Part shown: one piece after another, positions 52,780 through 62,136 of the stretch
Numbering within the stretch: the first letter of the stretch is position 1
Layout: each line of letters starts with the position of its first letter
Source of the DNA: Candidatus Latescibacterota bacterium
GTDB lineage: Bacteria; Latescibacterota; UBA2968; GCA-2709665
Direction of reading: 5' to 3'
Assembly: GCA_965226795.1 (NCBI GenBank)
Contig: CBDDDZ010000003.1
Span: 416,001 to 480,000 of the forward strand
DNA length: 64,000 nt
Notes under the pieces: generated by a model
The model's database searches: none
Seen by the model: the letters and a program-made list of their open reading frames with translations, nothing else
What the model was told of the DNA's origin: nothing
Translations under genes and position numbers: made by a program

Positions 52780-53637
52780 ATGGCGCTGGTGATGGCGTTC
52801 AGGGAGGCAATCAGGGGGTTGTGGCTCACGGGGATGGTGGGGATCGTCTCGGGCGTAACCACGGCGGTTTCACTGATGGTATTGGGGATATTTGTGCTTC
52901 TGGTTGGCGGCGGGCTTTCGATTTTCGAGTCTCTACAGGAAAAAATAGAGGTGGAAGTGTATTTGGAGGACAGCCTCAGCCGGACGCAGGCGCTTCAGAT
53001 GGCGCGTGAGTTTCAAGCAATGGCGGGGGTGGCCGCGGTTCGTTACGTAGACAAGGCGACGGCAGCTGAGGAATTCAGGTCTATGTTCGGCGACGGACTT
53101 CTGGATGCCGTTTCTCGGAATCCGCTGCCGGCGTCCGTTCGGGTCGTGTTGCGATCGGGGGAGGGCGTGGTGAACCGCGCGCGCGCGGTTGCGGAAGCCG
53201 CGGCGAGCCGAAAGGGAGTTGAAAGCGTGGATGCGGGCGAGGCCTGGCTGACCTCTCTTGATCGCGCGCACGACGCGGTTACCTGGATAGGGGTTTCGCT
53301 GGGCGTGGTGCTGTGCCTGGCCTGCACATTTGCCGTGGGCAACACCGCAAAGCTGCTGGTGCTCGCCCAGCGGGAAGCGATTGAAGTGATGCGAATGGTA
53401 GGGGCCACGGGCGGTTTCATCCGCTTGACCGTCTTGCTCGGCGGCGCTGTTCAGGGATGCGCCGGAGGGGTACTGGCCGTGCTGGCACTGTGGAGCAGTT
53501 CGCATTGGTGGGCGGATTGGATACCAGGCGCGGCGCGGGTTGCGCCCGTTTACCTGGGGTTGATAGGACTCGGGGTTCTGTTGGGAATTCTGGGAAGCTG
53601 GGTATCGCTGAACCGCGTCTTGCGGGCCCTGGCGTAA
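52780..53637 (+). CDS. ftsX: Cell division permease FtsX
   Basis: 4 TM helices, NPLPAS, IEVMRMVGAT. Confidence 0.88.
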   Translation: MALVMAFREAIRGLWLTGMVGIVSGVTTAVSLMVLGIFVLLVGGGLSIFESLQEKIEVEVYLEDSLSRTQALQMAREFQAMAGVAAVRYVDKATAAEEFRSMFGDGLLDAVSRNPLPASVRVVLRSGEGVVNRARAVAEAAASRKGVESVDAGEAWLTSLDRAHDAVTWIGVSLGVVLCLACTFAVGNTAKLLVLAQREAIEVMRMVGATGGFIRLTVLLGGAVQGCAGGVLAVLALWSSSHWWADWIPGAARVAPVYLGLIGLGVLLGILGSWVSLNRVLRALA

Positions 53638-53687
53638 TCAGACACCACACCCCATAGGTTCGGGTGCGGCAAAACGCTGAAGATGGG

Positions 53688-54869
53688 ATGACGAGCATGC
53701 ACATTGTTGTTTTGATTCTGATGGTTCTGGCGACCGCGTCGCCGGCCGCAGCGCCGGCGGACCTCCAAACGGCGCTGGCTGCGGAGCATGCCGCGCTCGA
53801 CAGCTTGAAGGCAAGGCTGGAAGCCGACCGAGAGCAACTGAAAAAGGCGAAAATCCGGCAAAAGGCGGTTACTCTGGATCTGGAGCGTAAGGAACGCGAC
53901 ATCGTCCGAAGCAGGGGCGAGTTGCGCAAGTTGGCGCGCCGGCAAAGGAATTTGACGCGACGACTGGGCACAGCGCGTCGCGAACTGGTCCGGGTGGACG
54001 CGAGGAAGAAGACGCGTGAGACGGACATCTCCCGCCGTATGCGGGAGATGTACAAACTCGGCAGGCGGGGCACGTTGCGGATCCTATTTTCCGCAGGGTC
54101 ATTTACTGAAGCGTTCAGACGTCTGCGCTATCTGTCCAGGGTTGGGGCTCAGGACCGCAGGGACTTTGAAGCGATTCAGTACGATCGAAAGCGGATTTCG
54201 GGCGTCCTCAGGTTGCAGGCCGTGCGGCACAAACGCCAAAAGGCCCTGCTGAGCGTCAAACGTAGAGCCGAGGATCGGCTCGCAGTCCATGTTCGACGGC
54301 GGGAGGCTGAACTTAAGCGGCTCCGGATGGATGCGGACGCCGTCGCGGAGGCGGTTCGAAGGACGAAGGCGGCCATGGACGCGTCCAGTGAGCGGATCCG
54401 GCAGATCATTCAGGAAACGGGAAGCTGGCGCCAGCATACCGCATTGCCGCCATTCGATTTTTCATCCCACTTCGGCAGACTGCCGCGGCCGGCTCCTGGT
54501 GGGGTGGTGGAGTACTTCGGCAGGCACCAGGATCCGGACCTGAAGACGTGGACGTTCAATCGAGGCATCAATATTGCGGCACCCGCAGGCACCGAGGTTC
54601 GGGCGGTTGCGCCAGGCAGGGTTGCGCTCGTGGACTGGTTTCCGGGGTACGGCCAGTTTGTGTTGTTGCACCATCCAGGCGGATTTTATACACTCTACGG
54701 GCATCTTTCCGAGGTGTACGTGACACTGGAACACCCGGTGGTTCAGGCGGCCGTACTCGGAACGGTGGGAAGCACCGGTCGGTTAGACGGCATTCCGCAA
54801 CTCCATTTTGAGATTATGCGGGGCGAGGAGCCGATCAATCCGGCGCTGTGGCTTGCGAAGAGTCAATAA
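53688..54869 (+). CDS. envC: EnvC-like coiled-coil/M23 murein hydrolase activator
   Basis: Signal peptide, long coiled coil, degenerate M23 (NRGINI, LYGHL, LHFEI). Confidence 0.8.
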   Translation: MTSMHIVVLILMVLATASPAAAPADLQTALAAEHAALDSLKARLEADREQLKKAKIRQKAVTLDLERKERDIVRSRGELRKLARRQRNLTRRLGTARRELVRVDARKKTRETDISRRMREMYKLGRRGTLRILFSAGSFTEAFRRLRYLSRVGAQDRRDFEAIQYDRKRISGVLRLQAVRHKRQKALLSVKRRAEDRLAVHVRRREAELKRLRMDADAVAEAVRRTKAAMDASSERIRQIIQETGSWRQHTALPPFDFSSHFGRLPRPAPGGVVEYFGRHQDPDLKTWTFNRGINIAAPAGTEVRAVAPGRVALVDWFPGYGQFVLLHHPGGFYTLYGHLSEVYVTLEHPVVQAAVLGTVGSTGRLDGIPQLHFEIMRGEEPINPALWLAKSQ

Positions 54870-54903
54870 TCGGAAACTATGGGGAGGGTCCTGAAACCAG
54901 GCT

Positions 54904-55860
54904 ATGGATTTTACCGAGGCCATATCTTTTTTCGAGCCAGATGAACCGTATCTGCTTTCAACCCACGTCAATGCAGACGGCGATGGGATTGGAGGCCTTC
55001 TGGCGTTGAGGGAAATGCTGGTCCAGAAGGAGCGGGTGTGTCGGCTTGTGGTGGGCGACGAGACCTTAAATCCGAAATTTGCTTTTCTCCCGGGATTTGA
55101 GCATATTGAGTTGTACAGGTCTCTCGCGGACCGCCCGGCTTTTTGCCGGGCGGTATTCGTGGACACGCCCACGCTCGATCCTGGGCGAGTGGGCAACGTG
55201 GGTCGCCTGCTCGGTGAGGACGCGCGCACGATGATTATCGATCATCATGCGGGCCGGAAGCCGGAGGGCGACGTCCGTATCATCGACCGGGCGGCCAGTG
55301 CCGCCAGTGAACTGGTTTACGGGTTGCTTCTGGCGGCCGAGACGGCGATCAATCCGGCGATTGCCACCCAGATTTACGCGGGAATCGCGTTCGATACCAA
55401 GCTTTTCAGGTTCTCCCAGCCGGAACGAGCGCTAAAAGTCTGCAGCGATCTGGTGGATTTCGGCGCGAACCCGGAGGCGATCGCCGATGCGCTGTTCGCC
55501 CGGGAAAGCCATGAAACCATGATGATGTTGGCGGCCGCTCTAGGTACCCTGGAACTTCATTTCGACGGTCGGGTGAATACCCTGGTGGTCGACCACGCGA
55601 CTTACCGAAAGGGCGGTAATCTGGATCCTGTGGTGGACCACGCCATGGCAATCGACGGGATTCAGGTGGCGTTGTTTTTCAAGGAAGAGACGCCGGGACG
55701 GTTCCGCGTCAGCCTGCGTTCCCGTGGAGCAGTGGATGTGAACCGCATCGCCGTGGCGTTTGGCGGCGGCGGGCACGCGCGGGCGTCGGGGTGCAAAATC
55801 GAAAAGCCGATTGAAGAAGCGAAACGGTTATTGTTGGCCGAAGTAAAGCGGCAACTGTAA
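54904..55860 (+). CDS. DHH/DHHA1 phosphoesterase (NrnA-like)
   Basis: HVNADGD, IDHH, SLRS, GGGGHARASG. Confidence 0.9.
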   Translation: MDFTEAISFFEPDEPYLLSTHVNADGDGIGGLLALREMLVQKERVCRLVVGDETLNPKFAFLPGFEHIELYRSLADRPAFCRAVFVDTPTLDPGRVGNVGRLLGEDARTMIIDHHAGRKPEGDVRIIDRAASAASELVYGLLLAAETAINPAIATQIYAGIAFDTKLFRFSQPERALKVCSDLVDFGANPEAIADALFARESHETMMMLAAALGTLELHFDGRVNTLVVDHATYRKGGNLDPVVDHAMAIDGIQVALFFKEETPGRFRVSLRSRGAVDVNRIAVAFGGGGHARASGCKIEKPIEEAKRLLLAEVKRQL

Positions 55861-55945
55861 TGAACCGGGTCGATCCATTTGCGTTGAAACGACCTGCGGC
55901 CGGCAAACGATCACGCGCCCTGGTGAGGAGGAAGGTCATTCGCCC

Positions 55946-56854
55946 ATGGATTTGATTACGCTCAAGGCATGGTCGGCTGAGGATATCCTGGATACGGTGG
56001 AGGCGGGTCTGTTGATGAAGGCAGACCCGAAACGGTTTTCGGGAGCATTAAAGGGCCGAACGCTGGCGATGCTGTTTCAGAAGCCATCGACGCGGACCCG
56101 ATGTTCGTTTGAAACGGGGATGAACCAACTGGGCGGGTACGCCATGAATCTGGATTGGCGAGCCACCAATTTCCAGTTGGCGGATCTTAAAGACGAAGCC
56201 CAGGTGCTTTCCCGGTATTCGGACGTCATTATGGCCCGGATGTTGAATCACTGCGACCTGCGGAAACTTGCCGACGGGGCTGAGGTGCCTGTGATTAACG
56301 GGTGCTGCAATCGGTACCATCCGTGCCAGGCGCTTGGCGATCTGATGACCATCCGGGAGATCCGGGGGAAACTGGAGGGCGCTCATCTGGTTTACGTGGG
56401 CATTCGGAACAACGTGTGCAATTCGTTGATCGCAGGATGTACCAAAGCCGGTGTGCGAATCACGTCAGTGACGCCGGAGGTGAACAGACCTTCCGAGGAC
56501 GAGGATCTCACCAAACAGGCACGGTCGACCGGTCTGTTTGAGGAGACCCTGGACCTGGAGGCGGCGGTGGCGGAGGCGGATTTTCTCTATACGGACACCT
56601 GGATCGACATGGAGTTTTTCCAAGATCCTGCGTATGAAGCGGAGAAGCAGCGGCGCGTTGAGGCGTTTGCTCCGTATCAGATAAATACGGACCTGATGGA
56701 CAAGACTGGAGCGCTGGTAATGCATTGCCTGCCCGCACACAAGGGGTACGAGTTGACGGCGGAAGTGATGGCAAGCCCGAGATACGTGGCGGTGGATCAG
56801 GCGGAAAACAGGATGCATGTTCAAAAGGCGATCCTGACGCAGTTGCTCGGATAA
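55946..56854 (+). CDS. argF: Ornithine carbamoyltransferase family
   Basis: STRTR, HPCQ, HCLP, QAENR. Confidence 0.85.
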   Translation: MDLITLKAWSAEDILDTVEAGLLMKADPKRFSGALKGRTLAMLFQKPSTRTRCSFETGMNQLGGYAMNLDWRATNFQLADLKDEAQVLSRYSDVIMARMLNHCDLRKLADGAEVPVINGCCNRYHPCQALGDLMTIREIRGKLEGAHLVYVGIRNNVCNSLIAGCTKAGVRITSVTPEVNRPSEDEDLTKQARSTGLFEETLDLEAAVAEADFLYTDTWIDMEFFQDPAYEAEKQRRVEAFAPYQINTDLMDKTGALVMHCLPAHKGYELTAEVMASPRYVAVDQAENRMHVQKAILTQLLG

Positions 56855-56892
56855 CGGCGCCACCCACACGCATCACGGGAGTATGGATCGGC

Positions 56893-57528
56893 GTGGCCGG
56901 ACTGTTTATTACGTTTGAAGGCATCGACAGGAGCGGGAAAACCACGCAGGCTGAGCGGCTGGTCGAGCGGCTGCGCGCGGAGGGCCGAGCCGTGGTGTTC
57001 ACACTGGAGCCGGGGGGCACCGGGTTGGGCCGGAGGGTCCGCAGTCTTGTTCTGGCGCGTCGATCGGAGGTGGACCCCGCCGCCGAGATGCTGTTATTCG
57101 CGGCTGATCGGGCTCAGCATGTCAACACGGTAATCCGGCCTGCATTGATGCAGGGGAAAGTGGTGGTTTCAGACCGGTATGTCGATTCCACCGTCGTCTA
57201 CCAGGGCTATGGGCGCGGGCTGGAACTGAATCGTATTCAGGCGGTTCAGGAGGTGGCCACCGGGGGGCTCAGGCCGGACCTGACTGTTTGGATCGACATG
57301 GATCTCGCAACCGCTAAAAGGCGATGGATATCTGGAAATGCCGACAGGCTCGAAGCGGCCGGCGATGCGTTTTTCGATAAGGTAGGGAAAGGGTATCGAA
57401 GGATGTGGCGGGCGGAACCGGAGCGTATTTTTCGGGTTGACGGCCGGCTTCCTGTCGAGGATCTGGCGTGCAGGATCTACAACGAGACACATAAACGGCT
57501 GGCCGGCGCGGCCCGGCCAAACGGCTGA
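56893..57528 (+). CDS. tmk: Thymidylate kinase
   Basis: FITFEGIDRSGKTT, EPGGT, ADRAQH, DRYVDS..YQG, PDL. Confidence 0.93.
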   Translation: MAGLFITFEGIDRSGKTTQAERLVERLRAEGRAVVFTLEPGGTGLGRRVRSLVLARRSEVDPAAEMLLFAADRAQHVNTVIRPALMQGKVVVSDRYVDSTVVYQGYGRGLELNRIQAVQEVATGGLRPDLTVWIDMDLATAKRRWISGNADRLEAAGDAFFDKVGKGYRRMWRAEPERIFRVDGRLPVEDLACRIYNETHKRLAGAARPNG

Positions 57529-57574
57529 TATACAGGAAATCCGGGTGCATGGGCGGATGCCCGGGACGGCTCGG

Positions 57575-57610
57575 CCTGCCTGTGCGTGCTGTCTCACGCA
57601 CGCAGACAGG
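57575..57610. repeat. REP-like hairpin (same family as 8537-8569)
   Basis: CCTGCCTGTGCGTGC...GCACGCAGACAGG. Confidence 0.55.
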
Positions 57611-57679
57611 TGGAAGAATGGTGGCATATTTCCGGGACAGGACACTGGCCACGGCGCCGCGGAATAACGGGAACAGACA

Positions 57680-59617
57680 ATGCGGAGGCGGAATATGAGC
57701 GGGCGGAAACGCAGACGAATATGGGTTGGAGTGGCACTTTTCGGCCTTTTGGGAACCTGCCTGGTTCTGGACTCGCGGCTTGTCAAAGGGCAAGACGGGT
57801 ACGCCACCGTCGACAGTGGCATAGACGAATACATGAAAACTCTGAAGCTACTGACCACGAGCTACTATAAGCCGCTGGCATCCGACTCGCTCACGACTTC
57901 AGCCATTGAAGGCATGCTGGACGAACTGGACCCGTATACGCAAATCCTCAATCGGCGCGGCTTCGAAGATCTTATGATCGATACCCGCGGCAAATTTGGT
58001 GGGTTGGGTATCACGATCAGCACCATGAAGCGGAATGGAGTCGAGGTGCCCGTCGTTCTGAGTGTGATCGAGGGTACGCCCGCCGACACATCCGGACTTG
58101 TGGTCGGCGATCGGATCGTCGCTGTGGATAGCGACCCCACGCTCAACAAGAAACTGGAGGAGGTTGTGGATGTGCTGCGTGGGACGCCGGGCAATCGGGT
58201 CGTGATTACGATCGACCGACCGGGTCGGTCCGAGCCGTTCGACCAGGAGATTATCCGGGCGCGTATTCGTGTAAAAAGCGTGGCTAGCATTGCCGGGATT
58301 GAAGAAGGCATCGGTTACATTGCCATGTCCGGTTTGATTAACAGCCGGTTCTCGGAATCTACGCCCGATGAGCTGAAGGCGGCAGTGGATGAACTGAAAG
58401 CGAAGAATATGCAGGGCATTATTCTGGACCTGCGGGGGAATCCGGGCGGGCTGCTGGCGCAGGCCGTCGCCGTCGCCGACGTGTTTCTGGAACCCGGTCT
58501 TCTGGTTGTCACCACCCGGGGTCGTGTGGAATCCCAAAACAAGGAGTACCATACCGCAGAGAGGTCTCGGGTTAAGGATATTCCACTGGTCGTTCTGGTC
58601 AACGCGCACAGCGCCAGCGCCTCGGAGATAGTCGCGGGCGCAATTCAGGACTCGGACCGGGGGTTGATCCTGGGCACACCGACCTTTGGAAAGGGATCTG
58701 TGCAATCCTTCCAGCACGTTAGCCAGGACAAAGCGCTGAAGTGGACAACGGCACTCTACTATACCCCCAGCGGACGGAGCATCCACAAAAACAGACGGTT
58801 TGGACGGCTGGGGAACCTGGCGCTGAATGTGGGGGACTCGCAGGTGCCTCTGTATCAAACCGTTGCGACGATTGCCGGAGAAGAGAGTCGGGAAGACGCG
58901 ATCACACGGCTTTTCGAACAGTTTGATCTGGAATCCATGAAGCAGGCGGAGCAGCTTTTCGAGATGGAACTGGGGCAGATGTTGGGGATGGCGTTGCGAG
59001 AGGACCGTGTCGCTACCGAAGTCTCGGACTCGGCCAGGGCTTTCACTACCGCTGGGGGGCGCACGGTTTATGGAGGAGGTGGAATCACACCCGACGTAGT
59101 GGTGAAGCCGAAGCGCAGGCCACGGCTGATACTCGAAATGTACAGAGCCGGACTCTTTTTCGATTTTGCCGTTGAATACGCCACGCGGAACACGTTTCCG
59201 GCGAATCCGGAGGGGTACGAGGTGGGGGGCAGGGAAATCGCCGCGTTCCGGGCATTTCTCGCCGACTCGACGAATCTCGGAAATTTCAGACGATACCGCA
59301 CGCCAGCCGAAAACGAACTGGAGAATCTGACCCGGACTCTGGCGGCCGCAGGCATCGAGGCGAAAGTCGGCCAGGCGTTGGAAACCCTGCGGAACGTTGT
59401 TGAAACGGAGCGGGAAGCGGAATTTGAAAAGGCCGAAGCGTTTTTCAGGCAGGAAATCGGACGGGAATTGGGAAACCGGGTCTTCGGAAAGAAGGGGCGT
59501 ATTCTGGCGCGGCTGAGGGGCGATGAACAGTATCAGGAGGCCGTTAGAATTCTCAAAGATCCCGAACGATACAGAAAGAGCATGAAGTTGGCGCTTGCCG
59601 ACCAGAACGGGCGCTGA
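57680..59617 (+). CDS. Carboxyl-terminal processing protease, S41A (CtpA-like) with PDZ
   Basis: LDPY, FGGLGI, DLRGNPGG, SASASEI, TFGKGSVQ, YYTPSG, GGGITPD. Confidence 0.93.
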   Translation: MRRRNMSGRKRRRIWVGVALFGLLGTCLVLDSRLVKGQDGYATVDSGIDEYMKTLKLLTTSYYKPLASDSLTTSAIEGMLDELDPYTQILNRRGFEDLMIDTRGKFGGLGITISTMKRNGVEVPVVLSVIEGTPADTSGLVVGDRIVAVDSDPTLNKKLEEVVDVLRGTPGNRVVITIDRPGRSEPFDQEIIRARIRVKSVASIAGIEEGIGYIAMSGLINSRFSESTPDELKAAVDELKAKNMQGIILDLRGNPGGLLAQAVAVADVFLEPGLLVVTTRGRVESQNKEYHTAERSRVKDIPLVVLVNAHSASASEIVAGAIQDSDRGLILGTPTFGKGSVQSFQHVSQDKALKWTTALYYTPSGRSIHKNRRFGRLGNLALNVGDSQVPLYQTVATIAGEESREDAITRLFEQFDLESMKQAEQLFEMELGQMLGMALREDRVATEVSDSARAFTTAGGRTVYGGGGITPDVVVKPKRRPRLILEMYRAGLFFDFAVEYATRNTFPANPEGYEVGGREIAAFRAFLADSTNLGNFRRYRTPAENELENLTRTLAAAGIEAKVGQALETLRNVVETEREAEFEKAEAFFRQEIGRELGNRVFGKKGRILARLRGDEQYQEAVRILKDPERYRKSMKLALADQNGR

Positions 59618-59921
59618 ACCCGGAACCCGCGGCGCGATCCATTTGTGCATAATCGAAGTGTGTTACAATAGGAAAAGCGCGAGCGGCTTCAGTAATGGAA
59701 TGCGGGATCCGGCGCACAGTTTTGGCTTGCCAGTTACCAACACGTGGTTTAGACTTAGAGTACCGGATAGATTTCAAATCCTTTAAGAAACAATATCTTA
59801 GGAAGGCACTGCCTCACCGCATCGGCCGTCAGTTTGTTGCCACTCCGTCAGGAACAAGCGCAGGATGGCCGGATTTCCCGTGAAGCGTGTACCAAACGGT
59901 ATCGTCAATGTGTGGGTGGAG

Positions 59922-60371
59922 ATGATGGAAGAATCAAACGGTGAACGGGACGATCTCTACGAACAGGTGCTCGAGCACGCCCGCCGCGAAATAGATGCCT
60001 CCTCATCTCAGGTTGAGAAACTGAGACGCACGCTCGGCCTTCTCGAAGCGCGCGTTGAGGCGGCCAGGGCGGTCTACGAAGCCGCTGCCGCGCGCCTGAA
60101 TCTGGAAGATGAATCGGATGGCCAGGGCCTTTCTGTTACGGAAACTTTGTCATCCGTTCAGGCGTTTCTGTCTGTTGACCAACCCACGAAGCCGCTGCCG
60201 CGGGCCCGGAATCAACGGGAAGCCGTGGCGCAGACCGCAAAACAGAGCCGGCCGGCCGGCGACTCGCGCGAACCCTGGCGGCGGCTGCAGATCGGCGGGT
60301 CCACCGTTGTGTGGAAAAGAGTGAAGAAGCCGAAACAGCGGCAGAGCCAGAGCGGGGGCCGGGCATCCTGA
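59922..60371 (+). CDS. Hypothetical protein, N-terminal coiled coil and basic C-terminus
   Basis: GGAG adjacent to the ATG, fills the gap, followed by hairpin plus T run at about 60411-60454. Confidence 0.65.
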   Translation: MMEESNGERDDLYEQVLEHARREIDASSSQVEKLRRTLGLLEARVEAARAVYEAAAARLNLEDESDGQGLSVTETLSSVQAFLSVDQPTKPLPRARNQREAVAQTAKQSRPAGDSREPWRRLQIGGSTVVWKRVKKPKQRQSQSGGRAS

Positions 60372-60667
60372 GCTTTCGCGGTCGGAAGAGGGGCCATATT
60401 GCCGAATTCAGGGCCTGCTCGCGGAGGTAGACCGACGGCAGGCCCGGTTTTTTTGTATTCAAGGCGAAACCCGGATGCCGAGGCAGGGAATGTCATTTAT
60501 TGGCACATTCCCTGTTTTTTTGCTATCTTACACTTGCGGCGGGCCAGCGCGATGGGTATGGCTTCGACACCATCCCTTACTAATTTTGCAGGAGAAAAAT
60601 CGTAACGAGTATCCGCACCCGCCTTAGATGATTCGTTTTTGGAAACCATTCGGTCAGGTGAGCAAGT

Positions 60668-62116
60668 ATGGGAATCTGTGCAGAGGAAAAACCGATTGAA
60701 GAGACCGACGCGAAGGAGCGCAGCCTCAGTATTGACAGGATGACGCCCTCCGGCGGCCTTTATACGGATGTCCAGCGTGCGGTGCATCCCAACTCGAACA
60801 GCCCGTGGCGGGTGTCGCCCGAACCGTTCTGGATGCCACCCCGGGTTATAGAGCATCTGGAACGCCTGGGCGGCCATTTGTATGATTTCTATAAAGCCTG
60901 CAACCGCCTGTATTCTCAGAGTGTCCGGAATGTTCAGCCCGCCTGGGTAGCGGCATACCTGGACCAGGGGAAGCCGGAAACGGTGATCGGATTCGGCCGG
61001 ATGAACCGATTCAAGCAGCATCTGCCTCTGGTAATCCGGCCGGACCTGATTCCGACCCCCACGGGAACGATCGCTTCGGAGTTGGACTCGGTGCCGGGGG
61101 GCATCGGGTTTACTGCCAGCCTGGCGGAGCGTTACGGCCATTTCGGGTTTGAAATTGTGGGTGGCGCCGATGGAATGGTGAACGGATTCATGGGGATGGT
61201 ACGGTCGGTTGCCGGTATGGGGGAGCCGGTGCTGGGCGTTGTGGTTTCTGAGGAATCTTCGGGGTACCGTCCTGAAATGACCTGGTTGGGGGAGGCCTTG
61301 AATCGTGCCGGATTGGAAACCTATGTAGTGCGCCCGGAAGAGGTTATTTTCAGCGAAGCCGGACTGTTCGTGAACGGTGCGGGCGGAAGACGGCAGATCG
61401 ACGTGCTTTACCGGTTTTTTGAATTGTTCGACCTGAAAAATATACCCAAGATGGATCTGATTCTATATGCCATTCGAAAGGGAACTGTAAAGGCAACGCC
61501 GCCGCTGAAGGCCCACCTGGAAGAGAAAATGCTAATGGCCCTGTTCCACCACCCCCTGTTGCGTTCGTTCTGGATTCGCGAACTTGGAGAAGAAGGGGTG
61601 GAGTTTTTGATGCAGACCTTACCGAAGACCTGGATTCTGGACCCGCGTCCCCTGCCGCCGCACGGCGTTATTCCGGAATTGAGTGTGGACGGCCGGGTTT
61701 TCGGGAACTGGCAGGACCTCGGCTCACTGCGTCAGAAACAGCGCCATTTTGTTATTAAGCCGTCCGGATTCTCGGACCGGGCCTGGGGCAGCCGGGGCGT
61801 CGCGGTCGGCCACGATATGTCGGAGACGGACTGGCAGGCTACTATCAAGTCCGCGCTTGGCGATTATTACAAGTCGCCCCACATTCTGCAGGAGTTCCAC
61901 ACGGGTTCCCGCTTTTCGGCGGCGTACTATGATTTCGAGACGGATCGTATGATACGCCTCAAAGGGCGCGTGCGCATCCAGCCTTACTATTTCGTTCTGG
62001 ACGGTCAGCCCGTGTTGTCGGGCGTCCAGGCCACGGTTTGTCCGCCGGACAAGAAGGTATTGCACGGGATGGTCGACGCGGTGGTGATGCCGGGCGGGGT
62101 TGGAAATCCCAAGTGA
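60668..62116 (+). CDS. ATP-grasp protein (glutathionylspermidine-synthase / circularly permuted ATP-grasp-like)
   Basis: IRPDLI, ELDSVPGG, YRFFELFD, EEK, VIKPSG..WGSRGV, ILQEF, RIQPY. Confidence 0.7.
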   Translation: MGICAEEKPIEETDAKERSLSIDRMTPSGGLYTDVQRAVHPNSNSPWRVSPEPFWMPPRVIEHLERLGGHLYDFYKACNRLYSQSVRNVQPAWVAAYLDQGKPETVIGFGRMNRFKQHLPLVIRPDLIPTPTGTIASELDSVPGGIGFTASLAERYGHFGFEIVGGADGMVNGFMGMVRSVAGMGEPVLGVVVSEESSGYRPEMTWLGEALNRAGLETYVVRPEEVIFSEAGLFVNGAGGRRQIDVLYRFFELFDLKNIPKMDLILYAIRKGTVKATPPLKAHLEEKMLMALFHHPLLRSFWIRELGEEGVEFLMQTLPKTWILDPRPLPPHGVIPELSVDGRVFGNWQDLGSLRQKQRHFVIKPSGFSDRAWGSRGVAVGHDMSETDWQATIKSALGDYYKSPHILQEFHTGSRFSAAYYDFETDRMIRLKGRVRIQPYYFVLDGQPVLSGVQATVCPPDKKVLHGMVDAVVMPGGVGNPK

Positions 62117-62136
62117 AGTCTCCAGTGGAACGACAT

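Noticed and set aside
60501..60516. sigma54 promoter TGGCAC before the ATP-grasp gene
   Set aside because: GG-N10 is followed by GT, not GC.
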